64,000 bases of DNA from Negaprion brevirostris (GCA_030324005.1 JARDVH010000163.1:105294764-105358763); one strand, 5' to 3'; numbered from the stretch's first letter, positions 1 through 13,274 are shown. The notes: a model not told the origin generated them from the sequence alone. Made by a program: numbers and translations.

Positions 1-1378
1 TTGCAGATTCATATCTAATGTTGGACACAGTTTTGCATTTTGTTTGCATATGGTCTACACTTGGCCAGTTGTGAACAGAAGGGACATGGGGCTCTATTTT
101 ACCATTTTGATTCTAAGTGCTGGGCAGACTTGAAACAGTGTTTCAGATCCAACTTTGTAAGGGGGTTCTCAGGCACCCCTATACACACTGCCTGAAAAAG
201 CATCAGAAATTCTGAATCATGCTGCACAAGCCTGTGGGTGGGGCTTAACACACCCAAAATCCTGCAGCTCAGATCAGCACCTGCACATGTGCAGGGAAAA
301 AATGCTAATGCAGCACCCTTGCCACATTGCTCCCAGGCTGGATATGCCTTCCTCTGGCTCCCCCAGAACACTGACCCCCTTATCTCCCTACTCCACTCCA
401 CCACCCAGATTGACCACGGGCCCCTTTGATATCTCGTCCCCTGCTCAGCACACTTCTCACTAACAAATGCCCAAATTGGACTTGTGGAGCTGTTTGTTTC
501 ACATCAACTCTGGATGGGTGAGCACAGTGGTAAGGGGGAAGTGTCGGTAAAGTTGGGCGTGCAGCCTATTAAGTCAATTTAAATGCATTTAAATGGCTGT
601 TGTGCCCAATCATGGCCATTTTCAGGCCTTGATAAAAGGAGGAACTGGTGTGGGGGCAGGCATGAATCACACTACTCGCCTCATGTCTAACTACCAATCT
701 TTCATGCCCAAAAACAGACAACTTAATGGTAAAATCAGGCCCATGGTGTTTGATTAGATCTATCAATCCTATCAACGTGAAGCCAACATACCTAGCATTA
801 CACTAACACTGATTCATATACCACATTACTTGTGATGGATAGAATTGCTGAAATCTTGCTGGAGTTACAATGGCAGGATCTTGCATCAGGTTTCCCAACA
901 GGAAACCTCATTGACAATAGCAGGACCATAAGAACACTGCCAGTGAGCAGCGCACTCTGTCTTCACCACAGTGAAACATACCAGAGGGGGAGGAAAATCC
1001 ATCTCATTGCTGAAGCTAAATTACAGGAGTTACACAACCAAATTGGATTTCTGAATTACTTACAAACNNNNNAAAAGCTATAACCAGCAGATGGAAGGAA
1101 AGAATGGTAAACAGTGCCTGAAGGATCAATGACAGGCACAAAAGCAAGGGTCAGATAGCACTCAAGTCAGTCTTTAAGCAAAGCCTACCTCTGCTCAAAA
1201 TTTGTTAAAATATTACTCCAAGTGCCCAAGTAGTAAATACATTTTAAAAGAAACTTGTAAAGGAGGGGACAATTTGGGTGGTTGCAACAGTCCAAAAAAC
1301 AAACTTTTTGAACACAGAATTTTGCACTACAGAGACCCCCCAGCAACCTTATTTTCCATTAATAATGGCAGATTTTAC

Positions 1379-1481
1379 CTGTGATTTCCCCTGTCCTGAG
1401 AGCAAAAGGAATGACGATATCAAAAGGTTTCAAGCCCAAGCCATCTATTCCATCAACTGGTGTGTAGGCACCATCAAGAAC
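1379..1481 (-). CDS. FLNB: FLNB exon 31 (103 nt), VLDGAYTPVDGIDGLGLKPFDIVIPFALRTGEIT
   Basis: ccaag/gtaaaa sites; KPFDxVIPFA motif. Confidence 0.94.
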
Positions 1482-3523
1482 CTTGGAAACAGGATGAAAA
1501 ATCATTTGAAACCTACATTGCCAAGTCAAAGTCTCAACAGCAATAAAAAAATGCTAGCTTGCCATTGTTGCCTATGTGACAAGAAAGAACAAAGTGGTTC
1601 ACAAAAATTTAAATTACTATGCAATTCTTAAAAAGAGAAAAGCCATTTCATGTCAGTTTCTGAAATAGAAGGTACATTGTGTTCAATGGAATGGATGGAT
1701 TCCCAGGTTATCAATGCAAGGCATTCACAATGTGAAAAATCTCCCACCAGCTGTTTGAATTACAATTAAATCTGAAACACCAAGAGCTAGAAAAAGGCCT
1801 CCAAATGGCAGTACATGAGCTGGGCTATCTTCACTGCTCTAGGGGCTCAGCTCCAACTGGACTAAGTTAGCTGTAACCAAGAGGTTTTAAATAGTTAATC
1901 AGCTATTTACAGACAATAATACATTTCAACTGCAGTGTACAGAGATAAAAACAAACAGGNNNNNNNNNNNNNNNNNNNNNNNNNNNNNNNNNNNNNNNNN
2001 NNNNNNNNNNNNNNNNNNNNNNNNNNNNNNNNNNNNNNNNNNNNNNNNNNNNNNNNNNNAGGAGCTAAAGATGTCAATCCATTTAGAGAAGGTTCTTCTT
2101 GGCTTGTGCCTGCAAAGAACAGTAGAGCAGCAAAAGAAATAGAAAGTAAGTAAAAGGATCAAAGTGCAATCTCAATTAACAAGCAGTGCTGCGCCCATTT
2201 GTTGAGTTTGAGGGAGGTTATTAAACTGCATTATTATTTAATGTTAAAAACCATTCAGATTTGCATCCTCAAAGAAATCAAATTCAGATTCGCCGGTGCC
2301 ATGGGGAGACAGGCATTCCCTCATAATATTGAGGTGGAGGGCAGCAGTTAAAATGAGCAGCATTTCAAAGTTATATTTTTTTCATGACAAATGATTAGAT
2401 TCTGCAACAATGTCGAAGCAGGCAGAGCAAGTGTAGCCTGCAAGTTTAATTTTAGGTAAACGGGGAAAAAGTTAGCCTATTATACCCCTTTTATGGGCTC
2501 ATTTTGGTGATAACTGAAAGATTGTTTAAAGAAATTCAAATTAACATTATTATTGATTGGTTACTTTTCAGAAGTGGCAATAAAGCTTAAGTAGATAAAA
2601 CAATAAAGTTGGCAACATTTATACCAACTTCATTTTCTCTAAGGATCGGAGTTTCAAATGTCCGATCACAAGCTATTCATTTTACAGCTTTGAGGATAGC
2701 AGCATTAAAATTACTAGCACTGGGGTAAGGCAGCTGGCAAAAATCCCAAAAGCTGACATTTATTTACAAAACCTTCAAGCAGCCCAGTGGTCAATCCTTT
2801 CAACTGCTAAACTGTGAATGACAATATTGACATGTTACCTCACTCTTGGGAAATATTGTTTCCCAACATCAAGTCACCATAATCAGGATGAATGTTATAT
2901 TTTCTACTGGTCAAAAAATGTGTTAGATTTTATTTAATTCATGCAAGTAATGGAAATTTTCCAAACCTTTTCTTTCCTTCAATCTATATTTCAACTGAAG
3001 TGTCTGAGCTGCAAAGGAGGAATACTGAAACAGTCCCTACCCCACCATCCAAGATGTTTGAAATCTGATTAAAAAATGCAAACTATTTCCCAATAGTCAT
3101 TTATAAAGTTGCTGCTTGCTGGTCGTGATTTTTTTTAGTATTTAGAAGGAGATTGCACCTCTTTAAAGTTAGTGACCTTTAATTGGCATTGTTACAGCTT
3201 TAAACTGCCTAACACAACAGGCAAACCACATTTCACCAGCCTGCTACTAGTGGGGAGTGCGGTTAGAAAATAACGTTGCATACCCAAAATTAAAAGTCGC
3301 TGATAAAATAATAAACTGCAGACACTGCATTCACCTGTTTAAAATAGAGAGAGTGTTTAACATCCATCACGTAATCAAAGTACAATTCACAGTAGCTAAA
3401 ATAGTTGGATAATTGAATAGAAAAAAGAAATCAAGCAGTCCAAATGGCAGATCCCAGCAAGCGTGAACACTAGCTTTGGAAGAAAACAGGAGAACAGCAA
3501 GTTCAACATATTAAAATCTGTAC

Positions 3524-3613
3524 CCAGGGTTGGAAGCCAGGGGGATATGCATTTAGGGATTGCTGCTGCTGTTGTACCATCTGCTGTGGCACTACTGGAA
3601 CTTCATCTGTGGC
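3524..3613 (-). CDS. FLNB: FLNB exon 30, hinge 1 (90 nt), ATDEVPVVPQQMVQQQQQSLNAYPPGFQPW
   Basis: ctag/gtacag sites, phase 0-0; ATD start and NAxPPGFxPW end match human H1. Confidence 0.9.
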
Positions 3614-4849
3614 CTAGTGAATGGTAAACAGCAAGTTAGTTCTTTCTCAAAACACATTTGAATAATTTCAGTTAATATTCAAACTAGCTGTTCAAAATGT
3701 ACTCAAATTCTACATGCAGTAATACATTTAATTTTGTATTGAATCATTCAGGTATTTTTAAAAATGCATCAGCATCCATATGTAGAAGACCAACTATTAT
3801 TCATGTTAAATTGATAGTTTTCACACTCACACTCAAATTTCATTGTAAAATGACATATTCCAACTCATGCCATGGGAGATGAGCATGAAAAACCTTGGTA
3901 TAAAACTAGTATTTGCAAAACCAGTGACTGCATCAGTTAATATTTATCAGAATTATTTTTGCTAGCTCAACTGTCATTTGGTTTCAGGTTCTGATCATGG
4001 AAGAGGTTTCTGAAACCTCACTCCTGAGCAATTGCCTTTTTTAAAAAAAACTTATTCATACTCAGATTACAGCACTGAAGGAGGCTGTCATTTGGCCCAT
4101 CATGCCCATGCCAGCCAAAAAGCAGCATCAGGCATAGTTGCACATTCCAACTCTTGGTCAGTAGCCTGCAACATTTCAAATGAATATCTGAAAGGTTTAA
4201 AATGTGTTAAGGTTTGCAGCAGCTACCACCCTTTCCGGCAGTGAGTTCCAGACCACCATCACTCGCTGGATGAGAAATAAATTCCCAATTCTCCTCTATC
4301 ATTACACCTATCAAGGGAAAATCCAGCCAAATGTAGTTACGTTTAGCCATTTGGGATTATATTTTCAAGATGTAGTAGGACACCACATTCGAAAATTAAA
4401 GAACAGACAGAGCACTTTTTATTTAGACTGAAGAACACGAATTGTTCTTTATACTCAAGGACCATTGGAGAGAATAAAATTACAATCAAGGGAGCAATAA
4501 GTAGGTAGAATGAAGACATGGGTGTGTAATTAGTCTGCAGGAGCGATTAGAAACGCTGAACTCAAAGCTGTTAATTGGTAACAATGGAAACCAAACAGTA
4601 GATCAAGTGCTAAATGTTTAATGACAAGCTTAATAAAGTACATCTAACCCAACCTGGGGAGAACAAAGGCTGGGGTTTTGATGGAACAAATATACATTAG
4701 CTCAAATGATAATGCAGAAGAAACTAGAAGATATGCCAAGGCTGATAATAAAGGCTTGATAATAGCACAAAAAATAACAAGACTCCTGTGTAATTATGTC
4801 AAAGAATAGTACATGTTATTTGGCTCCAGTCTATGAAAGAAAAGATTCA

Positions 4850-5480
4850 GGTGGATATGGAAACAGCATTGCTGGAGATAAGTATTCAAAATGGAAGCTG
4901 CATTCAAATCAAATGGAGGGAACAAAAATGTCAAAAGCTCAGCTGGTATTCATTCCAGAATGTTGGAAGATTGGACCAGTGATGGTGGGGGCATTTAAAC
5001 TCAGTGCAATAAGAAGGATTGATGGTAGGATATGTGGGAACAAAAGGTTATAAGTGTAGTGTTCAGCATGAAGAACTCAACTTCCAAAACTTTTCTACAA
5101 TGACATCATGATCAGGGAGTGTTACACAACATATTTTGGTGTTGTAGAATATGAATATTTCAATGTTAATGGACAAAATCTTAAATCAAAATAAGAAATT
5201 CAAAGCAGTCCATTATACAAGGATGCATTATAAATTCAGTTTGGACTTAAATGGCAAACAAGTTTGGATGGCACATTTCAAAATTGCTCCATTTGCCAAT
5301 ATTTTTTCTGCATATTCGGAAACTAGAAATTGGGGCACACCTCATTTACAGATCCAACACAAAGCCTCTTAATGTTCAATATTCATCCTGGACATTAAGA
5401 GGAGGATGGCACCATATTGCAAGGACAGGGTAAGGATTATGGTTCTATTGAACAAGAGCATTTGGTTTAGAATTGGGCAA
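4850..5480 (+). mobile_element. Highly degraded CR1-like fragments
   Basis: Weak similarity to RT-region and 3' CR1 motifs. Confidence 0.35.
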
Positions 5481-5876
5481 TATTAATCAGACTTGGGATT
5501 AGTTTGGATCCATTAGATTGCAGATAGGCTAGTTATCAGATTAGAAGTCAGCAGAACACTATGCTTTGAGATAAGGAGCTGAAATATGCTAAATGTTGAG
5601 TAGGCTTCATTATCAAGAGCTAGGGAGGTCAAAATGAACTAAATCACAATTTTTAAATTACTTGGTCTGCCACAGCTAAAGATTCAACTGTGTTAGATTG
5701 ACAAACAGAACAAATCTGCAGATAGCAATCTTGACTGAATAAATTTTCACTTGTTTTAATTAAAACAAAAGTGACAGTATTAAAGGCAATTGATCCTTTT
5801 GGACAATTCCAATTGCAAGCAGTAGATATTTCATCTCCCATAATTTAAAAAGAAACCCAAATAGGAAGAGGCTCAC

Positions 5877-6124
5877 CACTACAGTGAATGGACTGTTGGC
5901 AACATCCACTCCTCCAAAGCGAACATAAACAATGTAGGTTCCTTTCTCAGGTGCTGTATAGTAGATGTTATAAGTTCCATCATTATTTTCAATAACATCA
6001 GCTTCCACTTCGGTCCCATCAGGGGTGCAGATTGTGCAGGTGACTTTGCCCTTGCCTGCAGCTTTTGCATCTACTTTCATTCCCAGTTCCTCTCCCAGCT
6101 GAACAGTGGGTCCAAGACCAGAAC
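5877..6124 (-). CDS. FLNB: FLNB exon 29 (248 nt), [15 protein letters not shown]...SPFTVV
   Basis: taag/gtgagc sites; ORF 5760..6080. Confidence 0.96.
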
Positions 6125-6515
6125 CTTAAAAAGAAAGTTAATAACTATGCAATTTACAATTTATTTTAAATTAAATCATGCAGTTGAAGTAATAATTTGC
6201 ACTGCAATTGGACAATGGACCATCTAGATAGGAAACGAGTCCAGGTTTTTGATGCCGTGATGAAGGAATTATGACAGCAGTACCACTTGGTAGGATGGCA
6301 TATTGGCTTGAAAGTTAACTTGCAGGTGGTGGTTCTGTTCAGCACTAGGACAGTCAAGTAATATTGCAAAATGTATTGGTCAGCAATACAAATGTGCTTT
6401 TCCCCTGGTTCTACTCCAATGCTGCAGGCTTCTCCAGCACAAAGCCAGGCATGGCAATTATTAGCCCATTTTGACAGTCTCATTGTACATAGAAAGTAGA
6501 CAAGTAGACAGCTAC

Positions 6516-6705
6516 CTGACATCGTACACTTGCTGGCATCACCAGTAGCTGCTGCACGGATTCGGTAAGGAGATGCTGGGATCTCATCACCCCCATATTT
6601 GATCACAATGGTGTAACGTCCAGTCTTGTCTGGTATGTAGGAAACCTTGTAGGTACCATCATTATTATTGTGGATATTAGCTTTCTTTGGCTTCCCTTCT
6701 TGATC
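6516..6705 (-). CDS. FLNB: FLNB exon 28 (190 nt), [17 protein letters not shown]...SKCTMS
   Basis: gcag/gtagct sites. Confidence 0.95.
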
Positions 6706-7933
6706 CTGCAGGCAACAACAAAAAAAACAGCTTTACTAAAATTATCAAGCTTTTTAAATAAGCCACTTCTGACAACTGTCACTAAAAAGTACAAATCATT
6801 TTAACATTGGAATTTTACAGCTCAGTTGTACAATTCATCCAGAAAAACAAAACATGTTAATATACAACCTTTTAAAGCAAATGCTCAAGTCTAGGAAAAA
6901 TGGTTGATTTATTTAAAACAAGTAGGATATTCTAGGGAGATGGTTGAGTGTTGGTGTTAACAATGGCAGAAAGTCTTTTCACCCTAGATGTGTTCAGTTA
7001 GTTGCAGTGAACAACCTACACCAAGATTACAATGGCAACTACAGTCTTCTCCACATCCTTACAGCCAGAAATAGATAAAGCAAGGAGTAAAATGGTCATT
7101 CAGCAAAAAAAGTTTTTGCAGGTACTTTTAAAAAGATCAGATGTGGGACTGGTTAGACCTAGTACTGCATGACACTTAGACAAATCAGTATTCAACAGGC
7201 ATATTGTTGTGTCAGACTATCCTAGCTCTTGTAATTCGCTGCCAATGATCAGAAAGACAACTACTGTGCAGCACCTACATTACAGAAAAAAGGACAATGA
7301 TTAAACTGGGATCAGCAACAGGTTCATGAAATAAGCTATTAAACAGAATAAAGGCTTATTTTAAAAGGTATTATTGCATAGTTGAGGAGCAATATGGCAA
7401 GAGTTGCAAGTCTATTTGAACCAGCATGCAATTGAGTTATTGTAGGTAAAGGAAAAAAACTTATTTGGAAGCTAACTTGTTTAATATACCTTGGAGATTG
7501 TTCATCCTTTATTCTTAAGATAGCAGTATTAAGAAGGCAAAATAAAATCAGAACAAATCCAACAGTAATTTAAATCAAAGTCCAGCTGAATGAAGCAGGC
7601 AATCTTAGCTGTCACTGGCTAAATTGCAGATCAAGCTTTCTATTGTTCAATTATAGGCTGTCCCTATCAGAATGCAATAAAGATTCTGATGGAGTTTAAT
7701 ACTACTAGAAGACTGGGATGTCAACTCAAAACACTGCTGCAGAAGCAACTAGGACAACAGGCTTACTTGCCCACTTTCCACTTAGAGTCAGGTTTACAGC
7801 AAGGAAACAGGTCCTTTGGCCCAATTTATCCATGCTGTCCCCTTTTTGTAAAACCACTATTTGCAGGGAAAGATTTTAAGACTGATGCACATTCATCCTT
7901 TATCTGCTTGGAAGGGAAACATTTGAAACTTAC

Positions 7934-8090
7934 AGTTACATGTACTGAAAGGAGTCCTTCTCCAGCATCTTTGGCATCAATGGTAAATTCTACAGGTAGA
8001 CTAGCTTGAACACCAGAAGAATTGAGGCCTGGCCCACTTGCTTTCACTTTGCTGGCATCATGAGTTGGCAGAACCTTAACCCTGTAAGGA
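7934..8090 (-). CDS. FLNB: FLNB exon 27 (157 nt), [16 protein letters not shown]...SVHVT
   Basis: ttag/gtaagt sites. Confidence 0.96.
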
Positions 8091-8866
8091 CTAAAGAAAC
8101 AGATGATAATTAATCTGACACACAAAGGACTGGAATCAATTATGAATATTACTATCAACTTGTGATATTTACCATCAGTAACAGATTAAGATGTCTGACT
8201 GCGTGTATGTTGTTTTTTTGGGAGAAAATCCAACTGGAATGTTTTCAATTCCTTTTATACTGATGGATATATATTTTTACTCCAAAAACAAAATTGCACC
8301 CCTCAGGTGCAGTCAGATGCATACTTAGCTAATACTCAGCTAGATCAGAATGCCACTTATATGTAGTTTTGTTTGGCACTTGGAATATCCAATTAATTGA
8401 AAAATGAAACAATCAAATTGGACCAATTGAATTTACAAAAAGATGTCATTCATGGACACATGAACACAAGCACGTGTATGAATATGACAGGTTTAAAATT
8501 AGGCACTTCAAATTAAAAATTTAAACAAAACAAATAGTCTTACTATTGGCATGAATAAAGGGTCAAATAGATTGTAAATAGAAGGACAAGCACTAGTGAA
8601 ATTTAGTCAATGAAAATTTGAGATCATTGTGGTGTTGGAAATCAACAAGGTAGATTTCTGTTCAGTCCTGCTAACCCAGAGCAAAATATTGGTAGAATAC
8701 AACCTTGAATCAGGACAATTATTTCTCCTTCAAATCCTGGTCTGATGTTTTCAATCTGTTTATTCAGGGGTTGGTGTTTTTAGATTATGGAACTGTTGTC
8801 TTATTTGTAAAGAGCCAAGGTTGACAGCAACACAGTTTAGCCCTGAGGGTTTAAGTTTGATGTTAC

Positions 8867-8990
8867 CTGCGAGGAATCTCTTCATCTCCATACTGGATGG
8901 AAACAGAATATGGCCCTTCGACTGAAGGTGTGTAGTTGATAGTGTGAGTGCCATCACCATTGTCAATAACCTCAGCAGGCTCAATTATGG
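8867..8990 (-). CDS. FLNB: FLNB exon 26 (124 nt), AIIEPAEVIDNGDG...EEIPR
   Basis: gcag/gtaaca sites. Confidence 0.96.
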
Positions 8991-9467
8991 CTGCAAGAGA
9001 AGAAATGAAAATATCAAAACTCGTGCACATCAGTCCAAAGCAAAAAAGGTTAAATAAAGTAACCACCCTTTTCATTAATCCAGGTAGTCAGCTGTGCACA
9101 AAAAGCTGGTTAGTCTTTTAACTAAATGCACTGCCATCTAACAGTACTAAATGCTGCAAAACTATAAAGCAGAGTCAAGACAGACCATTTCACTAGCTTT
9201 AGTAGATTTTTAATATTAAGCCATTGCAGAAAATGAGTGCGGGGGGGAAAAAGAGACATCCATTTGGAGTCATTTGCTCTTGGTATTCCATAGCTAAGCA
9301 AACATTGCTACTTGAGTTCATATTAATTTTGTGATTTACTCATTCAAAGTTTCATGCACATTTTAAGGTTTGCTTTAAATCAGAGCAGTACTGCAAGTAG
9401 ATTTAGAGTGGCAATGTTGTGCACCTACTCCAAACTGCCTGGCCATAAATGAAGCAACACTAGGTCA

Positions 9468-9722
9468 AAAGTAGGCTTACATTAACAAGGTAATAAAGTT
9501 TGAGAAAATCCCCTAGTTGCCATACTCTGGCACCAGTTTGGGTGCACAGAATTTAGCATGGCCAACACACCTAGCCAGCATGTTTTTTGGACTGTGGGAA
9601 GAGACTAGAGCACCAAGGGAAAACCACACATGAAAGGGGGAAAATCTGCAGACTCCAGTGACTCAAGTCAGGAATTGAAATTGGTTCCCATCACTGAGGC
9701 AGCAATGCTAACCACTGTGCTA
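9468..9722 (-). mobile_element. tRNA-derived SINE (HE1-like head, alternative tail)
   Basis: Reverse-strand head gcacagtggttagcattgctgcctca; body tttagcatggcca..tttggactgtggga. Confidence 0.7.
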
Positions 9723-10351
9723 CCCAATAAGGCATAATCTTGTGGGTTTAATACAGCCCCAATGCAAAATACTGCAACTGAAAATCAAATCACATTTTAA
9801 TTTTGAGTAGATTCACAAACCAGCCCATGTTGAGCCGTCTACACCTCAATTAAAACACATTGAAGCAAACCCAAAAAACAACTTTCAATGAGCAAAATAG
9901 TTGTTTTTTTTTTTAAAACCAGTTCTGCAGTATCAAGACAATCACAACCAAATAAAAGCTGTGAAGCAATCTGCTCATTCAGGATTCTTCAAAATTTATG
10001 TCCGGAATTTGAAAAGAATTCAACTAGGTCATGCAAAAATTTGCCATGAAATGCAACAGAAACGTGCAATTTTAAATACTGATTTTCACTTTGGAAAATA
10101 GTCAACCAGATTTCTCTAATCAGAAAGGGGCTACCAAATAAAAATGGAATTTGATTTAAAAATCCTTTATGCAAAATTAACACAAGGTCTTGTTAAGAGT
10201 GACAACATGGAAAGTAAAATTCTACTTGAAGCATTAAGCCTAGCTCTTTGGCTCTTAACGTGAAAGCAGACAGGACCAGCTTAGTTGTTCCCGGCCATAT
10301 ATGCCCGCCACCTTTCTTGCCTTGGAGATTANNNNNNNNNNNNNNNNNNNN

Positions 10352-10444
10352 NNNNNNNNNNNNNNNNNNNNNNNNNNNNNNNNTTAAAGAAGTCTGCAAT
10401 CGTTTTCAAAGGGCTGCGCCACGGTTGGGGCTGTGCCTCACCAA
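10352..10444 (-). CDS. FLNB: FLNB alternative cassette exon (25a), VGEAQPQPWRSPLKTIADFFK...; 3' end lies in N gap, left coordinate assumes 93 nt
   Basis: ttttctgttctag acceptor, phase-1 open frame, matches recalled human isoform insert SQSWRSPLKALSEFFK. Confidence 0.82.
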
Positions 10445-10770
10445 CTAGAACAGAAAACCTTTAACTTGCAGCAAATCTGAACAGTCACTCAAAAGGTGAC
10501 AAGTGATGCCCTTAACCAAAAGAGCACAATGCTTCGTAGCTGTGCAACTGGTCAAAAACTTATGATAATATTCAAAAAAATCCACTCCTAACAAAGTCAT
10601 ACAAAGCATGTACCTGGCACACAAGCATTGTATCATATAACTGAATTATCAATCTTAGACTCAGACCCCTCATCCTCACGTCCAAAGAGTGAAAGGTTTG
10701 TATAGGCCTGTATCATGAATTAGCATTTTTAATCAATGGCTAATTAAAACTGCTGAGGTTATGATTGTAC

Positions 10771-10938
10771 CTTTTGGTCCCAGCACAGTCACTTGGAGGG
10801 GAGCTTTTCCAGCCTTGCTACAGTCCACGGTGAAACGTTGTGGAACTTTGGCTCGTACTCCTGAACTCAGCCCAGGCCCACTACACTTCACTTTGCTTGG
10901 GTCCACAATATCTTTGACTGGCACCTTAAATGGACTGC
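10771..10938 (-). CDS. FLNB: FLNB exon 25 (168 nt), [17 protein letters not shown]...LGPK
   Basis: gtag/gtacaa sites. Confidence 0.96.
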
Positions 10939-11571
10939 CTACAAACAAAAAAAAACTTCAATGATTTGCACTTTGGATCATTTTAAATGACAATGAAAAA
11001 AAAGTACAGATTTCTGTTTTCACTCAAAAAGGTGAATGTTAAAATGGACAATTAGACAAGTCTGCAACTGACCCAAGAAAATGCAGTATCCACAAATCTA
11101 AATATTGCTAAGTCACTGTACAAACACAAAATGAATTCCAATCAACCTTTCACACAATCCATTCTAAATTTTAATATTAATAGGAAATTCATCCCAACAG
11201 TAAAAACAATGAAAAATTTAATCAGAATATTAGGAAATTCTGCTTGCATCATAAATTATATGAAGTACATTAAATCAGGGTTTAGCCAAGAGATATACTC
11301 CATTATACAGGAAGGAGGCAAAATTTATTGTTAGACAAAGCACTGCCATTTGAAAATAGTGTAGAATGAAAACATTCTGAATAAATAAGGGGAGATAAAG
11401 ATGGAGTTCAGAGCTATGTTAACAACAGTTTCCTCCTATGACTAGACCTTTGAAATAAGCTCTAAAATTATTGAAAAATGACTTGTTCTAAATAATACCC
11501 ATGTAATCCTTAACTTTGGTCTACAGTTGATTTAAAGCAGTAGATTGAGCAAAACAAATGTAAAGGCTTAC

Positions 11572-11732
11572 CAGTTATGTGCTGTCCTCCATAAGTAATA
11601 TTCAAGTCATAATCTCCAGGGGTGTAAGGGGTATATTCAACACTGCAGCTGCCATCTTTGTTATCCTTGCAAGAGATCTTTGCCTCTGAAGGTCCTTCAA
11701 CAGTAATACCAAGGCCACCAGTACCTGCTCCT
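11572..11732 (-). CDS. FLNB: FLNB exon 24 (161 nt), [27 protein letters not shown]...QHIT
   Basis: gcag/gtaagc sites; hand-translated. Confidence 0.96.
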
Positions 11733-12250
11733 CTGCATCACAAGATTTTTAGTTACTAGCTTTGTTAGAGTAGGAAAAATATATTACAATTCCCACGAGT
11801 TTAGCATTGTGCCACTATTCAATTCAAAATGAATTGTTCCAGGGCAGTGAACAGTTAAAAGTGGTGCAGCCTACAAACTTTCATGCCGGTTGCTGTAGGG
11901 TAATGAATTGGCAGGTCAGTAGTCAAACCCACATCTAGACCCAAGGAAAATGGAAAATGGAACATGTCTCAAATGAAGGTTCGATAGACAAATAGCTGCA
12001 GTTCAGATGTTTGTGGGTCACAAACATTGACATCAAACACTGGTAAATATAATAAACTTGTAGATCACTATATGCATGCTGTTTTATTTCATGAGTCAAC
12101 TTCTATGGATTCAACTATGTTTTTGATCAAGAATGAGGGTAGCTTTTGTGTGTTCAGTATGGGAATGTAGTTGCCATGAAATGAATCCAGTCTCTTAAAA
12201 TCCCAAATGGAATAAATTGAACTCTCCAGTCCAAAGCAAATTAAGAATAC

Positions 12251-12413
12251 CTTGTTACCACAGAGAACTTGTTCACTTTGTTAGTCAAGCCCTCCTGAAG
12301 TCCAGGTCCACTTGCTGAGACACGCAAAGGGTCACAACCTTCAGTGACTCCTACCTTGAATGGGCTCTTCGGAACTGGTGCATCATCATAGGTTACATCA
12401 ATAGAGTGTACAC
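12251..12413 (-). CDS. FLNB: FLNB exon 23 (163 nt), [11 protein letters not shown]...FSVVTR
   Basis: acag/gtattc sites. Confidence 0.96.
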
Positions 12414-13100
12414 CTGTACACAAAAAATATAAATTTGACTGAAAGTTGTGGTTAAACCCTTACCATGTTCTAATACTGGGAATAGCAAGACATTGATTTC
12501 ATTTAACAAGAAACAGCATTTTTAAGAGTTTTGGCTGTGACAAATGGTAAGTGAGAAAGTACAACATAACGGAGCAGGAGTAAGCTATTCAGCCATTCAA
12601 TACAACCATAGTTGAACTTGTCAACTCCACTTTTTCCAACTATCCCAAAATTCCATCTCAAGCTCAAAATGTATTCAAAGATGGAGCACCCACAACTGTC
12701 TGGAGTAGGGAATTCTAAAGATTCCCAAACACCCGAGTGNNNNNNNNNNCTAGCCTGTAAAACCTGATCAGAATCAGAATCTTTCTGCTGTGGGTGCTGC
12801 TTTGATCTTAACCATGCACTTGTGGACTGAGCGGAAAACAAAATCAGGGTTAATGATAGTCAATTATTAATTTATAACCTGAAACAGAGTGGCAGCTATT
12901 ATTACTACAATGTTGGTGTGGACTGTAGCATTTTGTCTATCCAGAAATTGAAATACTTTAACTGATAAAAATTTTGCATACNNNNNNNAGGGTTAGATAA
13001 CGCTGAAGTTAAAAGGACATCCATGGAATCAGGTCTCATGGGTTTGGACTCAAATTAGGATGATTAATTATGCCTTCTGCACAGTGAATTTCCATCATAC

Positions 13101-13274
13101 CCTTTTCATATGGTGTGTACTCCACGGCGTATGTCCCATTTCCATTATCCTTAATCAGACAATCAGTGCGAGATCCTGAAGGATTTATGACACCTGCTTT
13201 GAGATGGTTTCCTCCCACCTTGGTCAGTGAACTTGCATCAACAATAAAGTCAGTTGTAGCATCACAGAAAACAC
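13101..13274 (-). CDS. FLNB: FLNB exon 22 (174 nt), GVFCDATTDF...YTPYEK
   Basis: gtag/gtatga sites. Confidence 0.96.

Noticed and set aside
1278-1631. 117-aa plus-strand ORF, with a minus-strand LDGAY motif first suggesting a Harbinger transposase
   Set aside because: Region is FLNB exon 31 on the minus strand
2486-3400. Further AG/GT-bounded segments in intron 30 (near 2486-2513, 2843-2906, 3283-3395)
   Set aside because: Stops in phase 0 and no consistent in-frame chain from exon 30 to exon 31
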